This document shows positions 35,812 through 48,279 of a stretch of DNA of 64,000 nt, piece by piece. Made by a program: the position numbers and the translations under genes. Every line of letters begins with the position of its first letter. The stretch's first letter is position 1. The stretch is from the NCBI RefSeq assembly GCF_032062105.1, contig NW_026936636.1, positions 496,001 to 560,000 of the forward strand. The letters are read 5' to 3'. This stretch comes from Saccostrea cucullata. Its lineage: Eukaryota. Below the pieces are notes generated by a model. That model made no database searches. It was not told the origin of the DNA and saw only the letters and a program-made list of their open reading frames with translations.

Positions 35812-38800
35812 ATATTCAAAGTCCCAACCCCTTTTCTACCTGGCTTATCTCGAAGTGCAGTGAATTTTTCCGTCTACTGAACACACCTGGCGTCGTGATT
35901 TCACACACTCTCGCAAGTGGCTATTAATTAACACCTTCAAACTTGGGGAATCTTGATTAATACCAAGCTCATGTTGGGTATCTGTGACAGGTTAATTGGT
36001 ATGACGGCTTGGGTGTTTGGTGTAGTCTACCGCCGATAAAACAAACCACTTCGCAGCAACTCAGATATTAAATACAGGCAATATTACCGATATTGCATTT
36101 AATAATATTGCTAATATGCTCTGTAAAATTAAAATCGTAAATTCATGAAACTCAAATATTTTTCACAATTAAGTTAAATTAAACAGTTAAGTTGCGGTGC
36201 ATAATGCACAGTGATTGATTACATTCATGTTTATCTGCGTATAAATAGATAACCTTGACCGCCATTTGCATTGTTAGATTCGTAAACTATATGTTCCTTA
36301 CTAGTACTTCGTGATGTAAAACGTGCAAGCTATTAATAATATTCAAGTACACAGTTTGAATACTGATTATTTATTAAATAACATTTTGCACTAAATTTCA
36401 TCAAATTATGTTTTTAAGAAATTCGCCTTTTTTTCTTTTCTTACGGAGAAGGTTCTTCAACTATAACGCTAACGATACATCCCGTTTGACCACGTAAGCA
36501 TGGCCTGGAAAATGTAAATTCGCTGTATACATGGTATATGCAAAAAGGCTAGTATATTAAATTGTTTTACAATTATACACGATAAAGAAAAGAACAACAA
36601 TTGTTTTTCTTAATATTTATTGCGAATATGCTTGAGTCTTTACCATAAAGACTACATGTTTGGCAATACAGGATATAGCAATTCTTCCTAAAAATAAAAA
36701 TACAACATTATAAGGTCAAATGTCATTTTTCATTATTCTATCTTCATACAATGGTATATTCTAAATGAAATTTGTTTCAACACCTTCTAGATTTCATAAA
36801 ATCAAGTGATAGGTAGAGCCTACCTCAGACAGCGATGTGTGTCTCAAGGGAAAGATAAATTTGAGTTAGGAAGGATAACTCCTATCTATAACCCGTTTCT
36901 TTGTTTTAGTGTAGCATAATACAGAACATCAAAAAAATCGGATGCATTTAAATTCAACTTATTCACTATATTAGTATCATTCATAAGCAAATGTTGTCAT
37001 AATTTTAGGTAATGAAACTACATAGAACATGCCTACCATGAAAATATATGACGTACGTTGAACAAAACTATAAACAACAGGGAGGTAATAAAACACCTAA
37101 TCATCACCACTTCAATATACTTAAAAAATGATCACCAAAAAGTGCTGCCTGTGTTCAAACTGTAATTTTGCACAAAAATATCTGAACATATTTTGCACTT
37201 TTTAATTGATGGGTTAGCTTAGGTTGGGCAGAAATACCTTTGCAAATAATTTTTTTCCTCGTTGACAAATTCATAACACGTTCCTTTAGAATGATTTTTA
37301 TTAACATTTCAAGTTGTAACAGATAAAAGCTGAGTAAGAATAGCTTTCTATGAACCTAAAAAAAAATTATTTACCTTGTTCGGACAATGTCATACGCCAG
37401 GGAAGTATTCCAAGTAGAACTCACGACCTGATGTTTTGTTTATCTATTCAAGAGCAATATCAACAATTCAGAACTTCGAATTATCGTTCTTTATCTCCCC
37501 CTAGCGGTCGGCAGAAATGCTACAGGATAGTATTACGCATGAAGATACATATACGAAAAGAACGGGAAATTATTGATTCGACTTTGGAAGATAACTTCGG
37601 ATATCTCGAACCCCCGGATATCTCGAAGTCGTGTCCAGGTCCCCCAAACTTCAAGATACTGATATTTCACTGTACAATACATGTAAAACACACTGATAGC
37701 AAAGTGCCAAGGATGGACAATTTTGCTTTGTTATAAGCATGATTCATTATGTCTGTGAAGTTTAAAATATATATTTAAGTCACAAGGAGATCACTTGACT
37801 GTAAACATCATTTCATTATAAGTGTGTTCGCTGTAAGCATTTCTTACTTTAACTGGCAATTTCAGCATTTTGAATTTTTTTGTAATGGTGTCACTCATGT
37901 CAACTCATTTTAATTTTTTCTGCATGATAGAGATGAAAGCAGAACAAGAGAAAGAAGAGATGACTCCAAGGGCTCAGGAAGTTGGCGAGATGGAAGGTCA
38001 TATGACAAGAAGTTTAGCCGTGGGGGTCGGGAGGGGGACAGGAGGGAAAGAGACAGAAGTACAGACTCCAGGGATGACAGGAGATACAGACCAGATAGAA
38101 ACAGAAGTCAGACAGACAGGAGCAGGCCCAGGTAATAATAACTAAGGATATGTTTAAAGCCTTTAGACTTGCATGAATACCACTCTGTATTTAAGTGTGC
38201 TCACACAGTATTTGCTGATCTCATTTGAGATTTGGTTTGGCTGGATATTTGGACTGATGTGTTCAGCAAAGAATAAACTGAAAAATACTCAGAAGGGTTG
38301 GAACTGTTTTTTTTTTTTTTTTTAAATCTTGAAGTATGTTCAAATATAGTATGTTACCGATGAAATGTAATCCCTCAATGGTTTAAAAATTTAAACAAAT
38401 TCTTTCTAAGTAGAAGATCCAGTCCGAGGCGATCCCGAAGTCCCATCAGAAGAGAAAGGGGTCAAGGTCGTCAGCCTGATGGTCGTTCGGAGTATGACAT
38501 GCTGAATGGACAGGATGAGATAGAACTCCCAGAGGAGATCATTCCAGCATGGCTCAGATGTTCCCCAGCTGATCTTTACTTCAGAAGAAATAATGAGGTA
38601 TGACTTATAAATTAGATAAAAGTCAGGGGAATGTTTTAATGCCTAAATGCACTAACTAGTGAAAAAAATTGTATCATTGAGACTGAAATCCATCTGATGC
38701 TAGTGAAGTATGGAGAGCAATTAATAATACCTTAATTTTTGAACTAAATATCACAATGAAGTTCTTTGCATTTTTTTATGCAGACTGGATGTTTTAATGC

Positions 38801-41800
38801 TACAAAAAGAATGCAGGATTTGGTTGAGAAATTTGAGAATGAGTTGGTACTGAGATCTACTCGAGTCAAAGAATCCCGACCCCCGGTCAATATTCCAGAC
38901 CGTCCTATAGTAGAGAACCGACATCATCATCATCATTCAGGTAAACGTCATCCGGGTATACAACAGAAGCTTTCTTATAGAGGAATACAGTAAATTTGAG
39001 TAAAATCACATATTTTTGTGGTGTCAATTTCATATTTTTTGAGGAAAAAATATGGGTTCGCAGGGATGAAGAGTTGTTGAAAAGTAATATCTGTGAAAAA
39101 TTACATTTCATGGTGGACATAAATTTGTGGGTCTCTTCATACCTTAAAAACCAAGAAGATTTAATCTCCTTGAAAATAAGAGATTTTACAGTAATGCTTG
39201 ATTATAATCTTTCAAATTACTGAAGTTAGATTGTTTTATGTTTCAGGTGATGAGAGTTCCAGCAGCTCTGAGTCTGACTCAGAGTTGGAGGAGGGGGAGG
39301 AGCCAAAGGAAGAGGAGTGGCTAGAGGCCCTGAACAAGAGTAAGACGCACCCCTACAGGCTCCATGAGGACCTCTGGTACAACGACAAAGGGGAGGTAAG
39401 TAGTGGCTAGAGGCCCTGAACAAGAGTAAGACACACCCCTACAGGCTCCGTGAGGACCTCTGGTACAATGACAAAGGGGAGGTATGTATCAAACAGATGC
39501 TTTTATTTAAGATAGAAGTCTTATGAATTTTTATCCACAGTGATTTTTGTAACAGAGAATGTTAATTATCAAACACATACATGTACATTGCATTCTGATA
39601 AGTTTATTACATGTAATATTGGCAAAAGATGATTGAAGTCTTCTCTATGAAATGTGTATGCATATAAGCATCATTTTTTCATTTTGTATGATATGGTTTA
39701 CAATTCTTTTTTAGTTAAATGACGGTCCACTTTGCAAGTGCAGTCTCAAGTCACAGAAGTCTGGAATTCGACATAGCAAGTACCCTGGGGAAAAGGTATT
39801 TTAAAAATGTTTATCTTTAATTGAGATAAAATGTATATAACACAATGTGGTATGTTTATGTATACAATGTATTCATTTTTTTTCTGTTGATGAGCTAATT
39901 AATATTCAGATGTGATGCAATTTCTTTATTTACAGCCAATACCCCGCTGTGACCCTCACAGTAACAACAGTGATAAACTCTTTCACTACAGAATCACCAT
40001 GTCTCCTCCCACCAACTTCTTGGTATGTATATTAACAAGTAAAGGTGGGAGGGGGGTTGTCATTGATAAAGATTGACTGGTAGCTACAAATTGACAAGAT
40101 ATAGAATACTTTTGAGTTTTATTGAACTCAAGTTCAGCTCTTACATGTATATGCAAAATGCTAGAGTATGTACATGAATATTTTCTAAGATTGTTCATAT
40201 TACCACTACTATCATATTATGATTCAATTTCAGACCAAGGCTCCCACCATAATTGAACATGACAACCATGAATACATATTTGAGGGATTCTCTCTATTGT
40301 CTCACGAAAAACTAGAAAATGTATGTATAATTTGTATTATGATTATTTGAAAAATTCACTAGATTAAGGTTGTTTTTGCATTGGTGATTCATTTGAATGA
40401 TTATGTTTTAGATACCAGTGTGCAGGGTCATACGATTCAACATTGACTACACAATTCATTTAATTGAAGAGCCCATTCCAGATGTAAGTGTTTTGTTTTC
40501 TTTGTAAATTTTTTGCAGCTTCTTAATATAAAACACTTCAGCATATTTAATTAACTTTCCACCATTTTGTTTGACTTTCAGAACTTCACACTGAAGAGTT
40601 TGGACCTCTTCCAGCAGTTCCTGTTTGATGAGATTCTGGAGCTGGTGGACCTGGACTGGAAAGGTCCGGGAACTGAGAAGCACTGTAACAGATTCCATCT
40701 CATGCCAAGATTTGCCAGACTTCTACCAGGTATTGACTTTGGCATGTAAAAGGGAAAATGTGTGTGACAAAAAGTTTTCAGATATTAGTCATTCATTGTT
40801 GCTAAAAAAAAATTGTATGCTGACTCACTATCACAAGAAAAACTAGGAGATAATGTAAGAAAATGTATATGGGAGTAGCACAGTTTATATCCTGTTCTAA
40901 TGGGCTTGTTCATATCATTTTTGTTCTTGCAGAAAATGGTAAAGAAATCCTGTCCATGAATGACGTGCTGACCTATTTACTGAAGAGCTCCAAGCCACTG
41001 CTGGAGGAGACAGAACTGTCCCAGATTCTGAAGTACAACGTCAACGAGTGGCAGGGCCTAGTGGACGAGGTCCGAGGTAGTGTGGTCACGTATCCAGGAA
41101 TGGTGAGGAAACAGGGTTAACAAAATCTTGGGAATCTGAAATAATTGCTAGAAGAAATTTTAAAAATTTATAACATTTGCTTACACATGTAATGATATGA
41201 TGATTACAGAAGCCGACCAGTATAAGGATAGACCAGTTGGACAGACAACACGGTGACAGTAATCACCTACAGTTCCCACTCATCATTCACTTTGGTATCC
41301 GACCGGCTCAACTCAGTTACGCTGGAGATCCCAAGTAAGTACATAATGTGATGTTCATACATATATATTACCTGAGATTTTTTATGTTAATTCTGAAATT
41401 AAAATCATGCATCAATGGATTTTAAATTTTCCTAAAAGGTATTGGTCAAATTTGTTGAAGGAGGAAGTATCATATTTAAAGGAAATAAAGTTAGTCTCAA
41501 AATGTAAATTTACAGAATGATAGTGCTATACTTTGTTTTATAGCTATCAGAGAACATGGAAGCAGTATGTTAAATTCAAGCACCTGTTGAACAGTAAGCC
41601 CAAGGTCACCTTTACAGACAAACAGAAACTAGACGCTAAAGAAAAGTACCTACAGGACCTCAGAATGAAAAGGTAGATCCACCCAAAGTAAATGACAGTA
41701 AAATTATTACACATATTGACATCTCACAATTTACATTTTATTCAATTTCAAAAGTTTGTAAAGAATGTTGGTTGTCCGTTTTGAAACTTCAAATAAAAAA

Positions 41801-44800
41801 CAAAAGAAAATTCAATAAAAGTGTATGATTATATTTTTGAAATATTTCAGCTCCATGAAAAGGGAGGTAACTGTTGAGATTAGCAGTGAGGGATTTCTGA
41901 GGACGGGAATCAGATCGGATATTACACAGGTTAGCAAGCTGTACATTAACACGATTAACATGGTTTAAAAAGATACATTTTCTAATAATGATAATTTCAT
42001 ATACTTAATGTGAACCAACTTTTATTCGTGAGGGAGAAATTTTCAGGGAGAGACCCGTCATCATGAATATTTCTTGCCGGGAATTAATCTTTATAGTCTA
42101 TGTGCCTTATAACAACAGATCCAAAATAGGCTTGATTGCAAGAATAAATCATCTCTAGCTCGTTTATCCCCAATAAATCTCGAAATAAAGTCGTCGCATA
42201 TATAAGTTTGTTTACAGTACTCAGGATTGCACAATGAACGTACAGTTATGGTAATTTTCATTGTGTTCCTGCTTACAAACATAGATTTGCATTATTCTCA
42301 TCAATATTATGTTTGCCTTTCAGCATGCTATGTTGATGCCTGTACTCTTAGGTCACCTAAGGTTCCATCTGTGTATAAAGGAACTCCAGAAAGAAATTCA
42401 GTATCAATTCAAAGACCCACAACTTCTTCAGGTAATACAAGAAACCATCTTACATGTACATGTACAGGTTCTGTATGTTCAAATACAGCTGGTTAATCAT
42501 TATTTATATATCATACAAAGAAAATCAGTCGATAGAATTTGCTATGAAAACTTTGTAAAGAAAGACAAAAATTTTAGAGCCTTTATGCACTGTGTTTTAA
42601 ACAATATTTAATTTTCCCCTCTTTATTATTCAGTTGGCTTTAACTCACACTTCCTACAAAGTCAATTATGGAACCAACCCAGACCATGCCAGGAATTCTC
42701 TGTCCAACTGTGGAGTCAGGCAGCTAGAGTATGGGGACCGCAAGATCCATTATGTCCATACACGGAAAAAAGGTAAATGTGTATCTACACTCCAAAGTTC
42801 AGTGATAAAGCAGAAATATTGACATTTTTTTCTTCATTGATTATTAATTTTGTTTTCGTTAGGTAGGATCTTTTCAGATTTAAACAAGTTTATCTGCATA
42901 TTTCTGAAATTGTTTTGTTTTTTTACCCCTACAGGTATCAACATTTTGATCAACATCATGTCCCGCCTTGGGAAGCAGGATGAGTGTTCCTCAGAAATCC
43001 CCCACAATGAGAGACTTGAGTATCTAGGGGATGCTGTTGTGGAATTTATAACCAGGTAAGATTTACTTGATACTTGGTACAGATGCACAAGAGAATTACA
43101 TTTTGTAATAGTTGGGACTGTGCATATCACCCTGGATAGCTCAGAGGGTAGAGTGATGGCTAGTGATGCAGGGATCCTGAGTTTGATTCCATGTCCAGCC
43201 ATACATTTTCTTTGTCCCTATTATGAAGTGTAGTGCCCAGGGGGAAATAAAAACCTGGATTGTATCTTGGAGAGAATAATTTAAGAAGGAAATAATATTA
43301 GTATTCAGTATATTGATTCAACCATTGCCCTCAACTTTATCATAATAGCAGTCTACTAACCTTAATTGTTAGGATTTAAAAAAAAATTTAGAAACGTTGA
43401 CTATAGTGTAAACATTTGTCATATTTCTCAGTTTCTGTTGACAGTGTCCACCTGTTCTACATGTTTCCTTACCTAGAGGAAGGAGGACTGACCACCTACA
43501 GAGCTGCCATTGTCCAGAATCAACAGCTAGCCGTGCTGGCCAAGGTTAACTTTTAATCTCTTTTACATCAACGTAATTTCAGCTATACAAAATGTCAGAT
43601 TACTTACTGTAGGTTTTGTGAATGACAAAGAAACAGTTTCAAACTCTAATTTAATAATATCAATCTCCTTACAGAAACTCCACCTGGAGAACTACATGTT
43701 GTATGCCCACGGCCCGGATCTCTGCCACGAATCAGACCTGAAGCATGCTATGGCTAATTGTTTTGAGGCATTATTAGGTAAAACAGCTGCAAGATACAGT
43801 TTATTATTTCTACATGGCATATCATTTTCAACAGTGAAATATTGTTATTTATCCAATGGATAAAACTCAACTGATTCTCTGATTTGTTGTGAAATCTTGT
43901 GTTGAAAATTACATTTAAAAAAAAAGTGATGAGGTCATCTCTTGCAAAGAAAATGTCTTAAAGAGAAATCTCAATGTTTTTGTAGTTTGATGTGAAATTC
44001 ATCTCACTCACAAGAAAGAATAAAAAAAATTAACTCTTTTCACACTTTGCAATGAAAACATTTGAAAAAAAATCCTATCACATTTGTGAAATAAATCTAT
44101 ATCCAACTATAAAACATTGAATGTCTTCTAAGCATGCAAACGACTTTGGGTAAAAAAATATCAGGTTTGGTTTTATACTTCAGTTTTAGTAATGTGAGAT
44201 ATATTTGTGCCTTTTCTGCCACATTTTAGGTGCTTTGTACTTGGATGGGGGAATTGACCTGGCAGATAGGGTTTTTGGGGAGACCTTGTTTAAGGGAGAA
44301 GACAAGTATCTAAACATCTGGAGGGAACTACCACAGCATGTCCTACAGGAGGATGAACCGGGGTCAGACAGACACTGGATAGAGTCTAGTCCCACACTGC
44401 AGGTGAGTAATACAGTCATCATATCAGTAAAAAGTAATATATATCAGTAAATTTTAAGTATATACCATTGTAATAAATTATTGAGTAAAAAATCTTGGAA
44501 ATTTTATTACTGTTTGAGAGAATGTACTGATGATCATTAGTATTCTGGTGTTGAATGTAAGATTTTTCAATTTAGAGAAATTTTTTTTATTTGTAGAAAT
44601 TGGTTCAATTTGAGGAGTCCATTGGGGTGAAATTTGATCACATTCGCCTGTTAGCCAGGGCCTTTACTCTCAGGAGTGTAGGATTTAACCATCTCACACT
44701 GTAAGTGAATTCATTTTTAAAACACCTGATGATAATAGTATGATTTACCTGAAAATGTCATTTACCTTATATTTTCCTCTTTCATGTTTGAAAATAATTT

Positions 44801-46475
44801 TCTTTGGAAGTTCTATTTATTTGCCATGTTATTCCAGGGGACATAACCAGAGACTGGAGTTTCTTGGAGACACTGTGTTACAGTTAGTGGCGTCAGATTA
44901 TTTGTTTAAACATTTCCCAGACCATCATGAGGGTCATCTCTCTGTAAGTTGTTCAGCTAGATAGTATTAAGTTTCATTACTTAGATAACATTCAAAGATA
45001 ATAATGAATGTGGCAATTCATCAAAATAAATTTATACTCACTTCAAATGACGTTTTGGAGCATTCCATAGTAAGATGTTTTATTATTGGATTTCCATAGT
45101 TATTAAGGAGCTCCCTGGTCAACAACAGAACTCAGTCCATTGTTTGTGATGACTTGGGAATTTCTGAGTATGTCATTTTCTCAGATGCCAGAGGAGAAAA
45201 GCAAGACAAAAAGACGAAAGAAAAGGCTGATCTCCTAGAGGGTGTGTTACTATTGTTTTATGAATATGTGTTTATTCTGTTTTCTGTGCTCTTCAATAAA
45301 ATATAACATGTTTTATTTTCAATTAAATTTAATTACTTTAACAGCATTTATTGGTGCTTTGTATGTGGACAAAGACATAGAAGTTTGTTACAAATTCTGT
45401 GAAGTCTGTTTCTTCCCAAGGCTCAGGGTGAGTTATACAAGTTTTGCACTGTTCAGAATTTAAGAAGAATCTATTTCTCCTTCATTTAGAGGATTGTAAT
45501 AAACAAGTAATGATTGTTATTGTTCATTGATTTTTCCAGGACTTTATTCTGAATCAAGATTGGAATGATCCCAAGTCCCAGCTGCAGCAGTGTTGTCTGA
45601 CATTACGGGAACTGGATGGAGGGGAGCCAGATATTCCTGTTTATAAGTGAGTTTCAAGTGATATTCGAGTTAGATTTAATTTGTTTATGTATTTTGCACA
45701 TAATGCTTTGATCTTTAAAAACATTTTGAAAAGAATGTCTTTACAGTATTTAGTACTTTCATTTATACATATACATGTATTTCACTATAAAATTAATAAT
45801 GTAAATACACTCATATGCATTAATACAATAGATGCACAATGTTTCAGATATTGTTCGAGAGACAAGTCAATCATTTTAAATATGATTTCAGGTGTATTGA
45901 GTCTATTGGTCCTACCAACACTCGTCGGTACACGGTAGCTGTCTACTTCAGACATGAGAGACTCGCCACCGGGATAGGTCACAGTATACAACAGGCTGAA
46001 ATGTCGGCCGCCACAAACGCTCTGATGGAAAGATCAGGTATGTCAACATATGTTAAGTGTACTTTTCTTGGATATTAACCTACTATTGCTTACAGTCACA
46101 GTGAATTTGTGTTTCTGCTTGTTTAGTATTTCAAATGTAGAATTAAACTTCTTGAGGGTTTTATAACAAAATAACTTAAATACATAAACATTCTTCCTAT
46201 AACTCATTTTTATTTGTGCAGAACTGTTTCCTATCCTGGCCCATCAGAAGAGATATCTGGAAAAGAAACACAAAAAGAAACGTCCGAGTAGGAAAGGTGG
46301 GCGTGACCAGAATCCAGAGGATCGTCGGGAAAACAGTGAGCGAGAAGACGCCAGGGTGCGGGAGGAGAGGGAGAGGTCAGGAGGGACCTCAACCTCTACA
46401 GCAAATGATAAGGAGGTCCTCCCTCAGAAAGTTACCTCCCTTATTGATTCCTTTAAGGAGAGGAAGAAGAATTAA
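31252..46475 (+). CDS. DROSHA: Drosha ribonuclease III (~30 exons; exact start uncertain)
   Basis: Exons approx. 31252-31293, 34187-34352, 34750-34991, 35238-35524, 37931-38131, 38411-38597, 38784-38940, 39247-39395, 39715-39795, 39936-40022, 40234-40320, 40412-40483, 40582-40729, 40933-41102, 41210-41334, 41544-41672, 41851-41929, 42324-42431, 42634-42772, 42935-43055, 43445-43544, 43675-43777, 44230-44402, 44597-44700, 44838-44943, 45100-45241, 45345-45427, 45540-45646, 45892-46037, 46222-46475. Contains an RS-rich region, RIIIDa ([15 protein letters not shown]...ANCFEA), RIIIDb ([15 protein letters not shown]...ADLLEA) and a dsRBD ([11 protein letters not shown]...YTVAVYF...[10 protein letters not shown]). 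An upstream ATG at 31147 could add a short exon. Confidence 0.95.
31736..33579. mobile_element. 1.84-kb non-autonomous DNA transposon with 15-bp TIRs and a 6-bp TSD, in a DROSHA intron
   Basis: CATACATGCCAACTT ... AAGTTGGCATGTATG, flanked by TACAAT at 31730-31735 and 33580-33585. Subterminal TACCGA repeats; no long ORF. Confidence 0.82.
35656..37672. mobile_element. 2.0-kb non-autonomous Tc1/mariner-pogo-type element in a DROSHA intron
   Basis: TA|CAGGTAAATATCAGTATCTCGAA ... TTCAAGATACTGATATTTCACTG|TA (23-bp imperfect TIR, TA TSD). Several subterminal TATCTCGAA motifs at both ends. Confidence 0.8.
39316..39484 (+). repeat. Tandem duplication (86-bp period) of a DROSHA exon 3' end including its splice donor
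   Basis: AGTGGCTAGAGGCCCTGAACAAGAG...GACAAAGGGGAGGTA at 39316-39398 and 39402-39484, differing by three substitutions. Confidence 0.95.
43131..43201 (+). repeat. Decayed tRNA-derived SINE head
   Basis: GGATAGCTCAGAGGGTAGAG (A-box-like) ... GAGTTTGATTCC (B-box-like); no intact cloverleaf. A related minus-strand relic is at ~47404-47500. Confidence 0.45.
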
Positions 46476-47628
46476 CTGTTATTGTATTAGTCCATTGTCC
46501 TTTTGTGATTTTGTTGAGTCAATAATTGATTATTACACTGCCATTTGTGATTTTTTTCTAAAAAAATTTTTTGTAATGTAATGAATGATCAATTCACAAA
46601 CATAGTGCTACTTTTATATTGATATTTTCCGATTGTTGTGTATTTTGTTTGACAAAATGAATAGAGTGCTATCTAAGTACAGAGGAATTTTTCTAATGAT
46701 ATCAGTGCTTATATTCAAACTGGATAAATTAAACATATATGTGTGCTTGCAGATTAAGAGAAATACATCCTTGTGATATTTTGTATGTGAAAAGATGCAA
46801 TTTTTTTCTGGTCAAATTAAAAAATTTCAAGAACATGCATGTTTTCTATCATTTTTTAGACCAACTGAACCAGACATGGTCTCTGTGTCTTTTAACTTGA
46901 AGCTGCAGATCTGTAGCTCTCTGAAAAAAATACTTTGACAGACCGGAGAGCTTATTGTAAAAACTGCATTTTTATTGCGTGCAAAAAGTTGTGCTTAGTT
47001 CTGGATTAATTCTTCCATATTCTTACTTCAATCGTGAAAAAGATAGATTTTACAAAATGCCTTACTCATGGACAAAATTTTCGATGATCTCGATTTTTTA
47101 GGTCCAGGAGTGCTATTAACAACAATTATAAGGAATGTTTTGTTGTGGAAACAGTGAAAGAATATGTTAGGAACACACATTTAGTAATATTTTGAGATGA
47201 CAGTGTTAAAAAAAAGGAGAAATTAATTGAGAAAGACATTTTTCACATCACCAAAATAAATCCCTACTGTATAGATAAAAAAAATATATATTTATTATGT
47301 AAGAATTGTATATTTGTGATAAGAAAAAACGAACTCTAGATATTGCTAATTTGTGTCAACTCTTCTGAGTAAATACAGTAAATCATATCGGGACAGAAGA
47401 ATATGGCTAGACCAGGAATCGAAACTTGGACCCATTAACAATGATTGGGACATCATGTGCATCACCAGTCTACCAACTGATCTACAATGTTCCTAGCCCA
47501 GTAGCCACGCAAATTTATTTATCATTCATTCATTGTGGGAAAAAAGTCGCAGAAAGTGCCATGTAAAGAAAAAAATTAAATTAGGGTCGGGTTCGTTCTA
47601 CAAAATATTGGCAGTGAAACGTGTTTGA

Positions 47629-47651
47629 GAAAGTGAAAGTAGAACTGGAAG
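47629..47651 (+). promoter_or_regulatory. Probable non-coding first exon / promoter end of POFUT1 with the GAAAGTGAAAGTAGAA motif
   Basis: The motif is followed by the donor AAG|GTAAAC at 47651/47652. The first coding exon begins with an acceptor (TACAG) 1 nt before the ATG. Confidence 0.45.
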
Positions 47652-48279
47652 GTAAACAATTTTTTCAAACCATAGCATTTTATGTTTTTACTAAGTAAAA
47701 GTTTTTCATTTTTTTAAATTGAGGGAAAAGGTGTGAAAGGACAATTTTAGCAATCGAATATTCTTTTATGTTTTCAAATTTCGGGGATATAAAGTGATAT
47801 CGATTTCACTTATCATGAAAAATAGTTTCACAGATGTTATCGCATTTCCGTTTCTATTTTTGGCTTAAATAAAGTGTGTGCACTGTTTTGATAGCTTAAA
47901 GCCAATCGGAAAAATCAATTAATTGCTTCAGTAGCTTATAAACACATCTCTTTCCATTTCATTAGTGAACCTTACTGCACGGTTTGTCATATATCGCTAT
48001 GTTGATCTTTTCTATTCATTTCTATTTATGCCAGTGTCTATTGTATGTTTCAACATTTTACTGAATTTTTTTTTTTTTTTTTTTATAATTGCCTATTTGT
48101 ATTTGATACGAATTTATTTTGTTTTTATTTGTTTTTTCCAATTGACTTTGAAATCCACACAAAATCAATCTATATATCGTATTGAGTATGCATGGATTGG
48201 TATTTAAACAATAGAATGGTTTTTTTTTAGCTTTTAAAATTTTTTTTGATCTGCTACATTTACTGTTCTTTTATACAGA

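Noticed and set aside
37350-37736. 128-aa ORF as a transposase
   Set aside because: It runs across the element's TIR into flanking DNA and has no DDE/HTH motifs.
22789-46475. TSEN15-SelJ-DROSHA as a functional RNA-processing cluster
   Set aside because: Adjacent housekeeping genes are common in gene-dense regions. No shared pathway is evident and no synteny evidence is available here.
46216-46581. 121-aa ORF at the DROSHA 3' end
   Set aside because: It is an alternative frame of the last DROSHA exon; the spliced frame ends at 46475.
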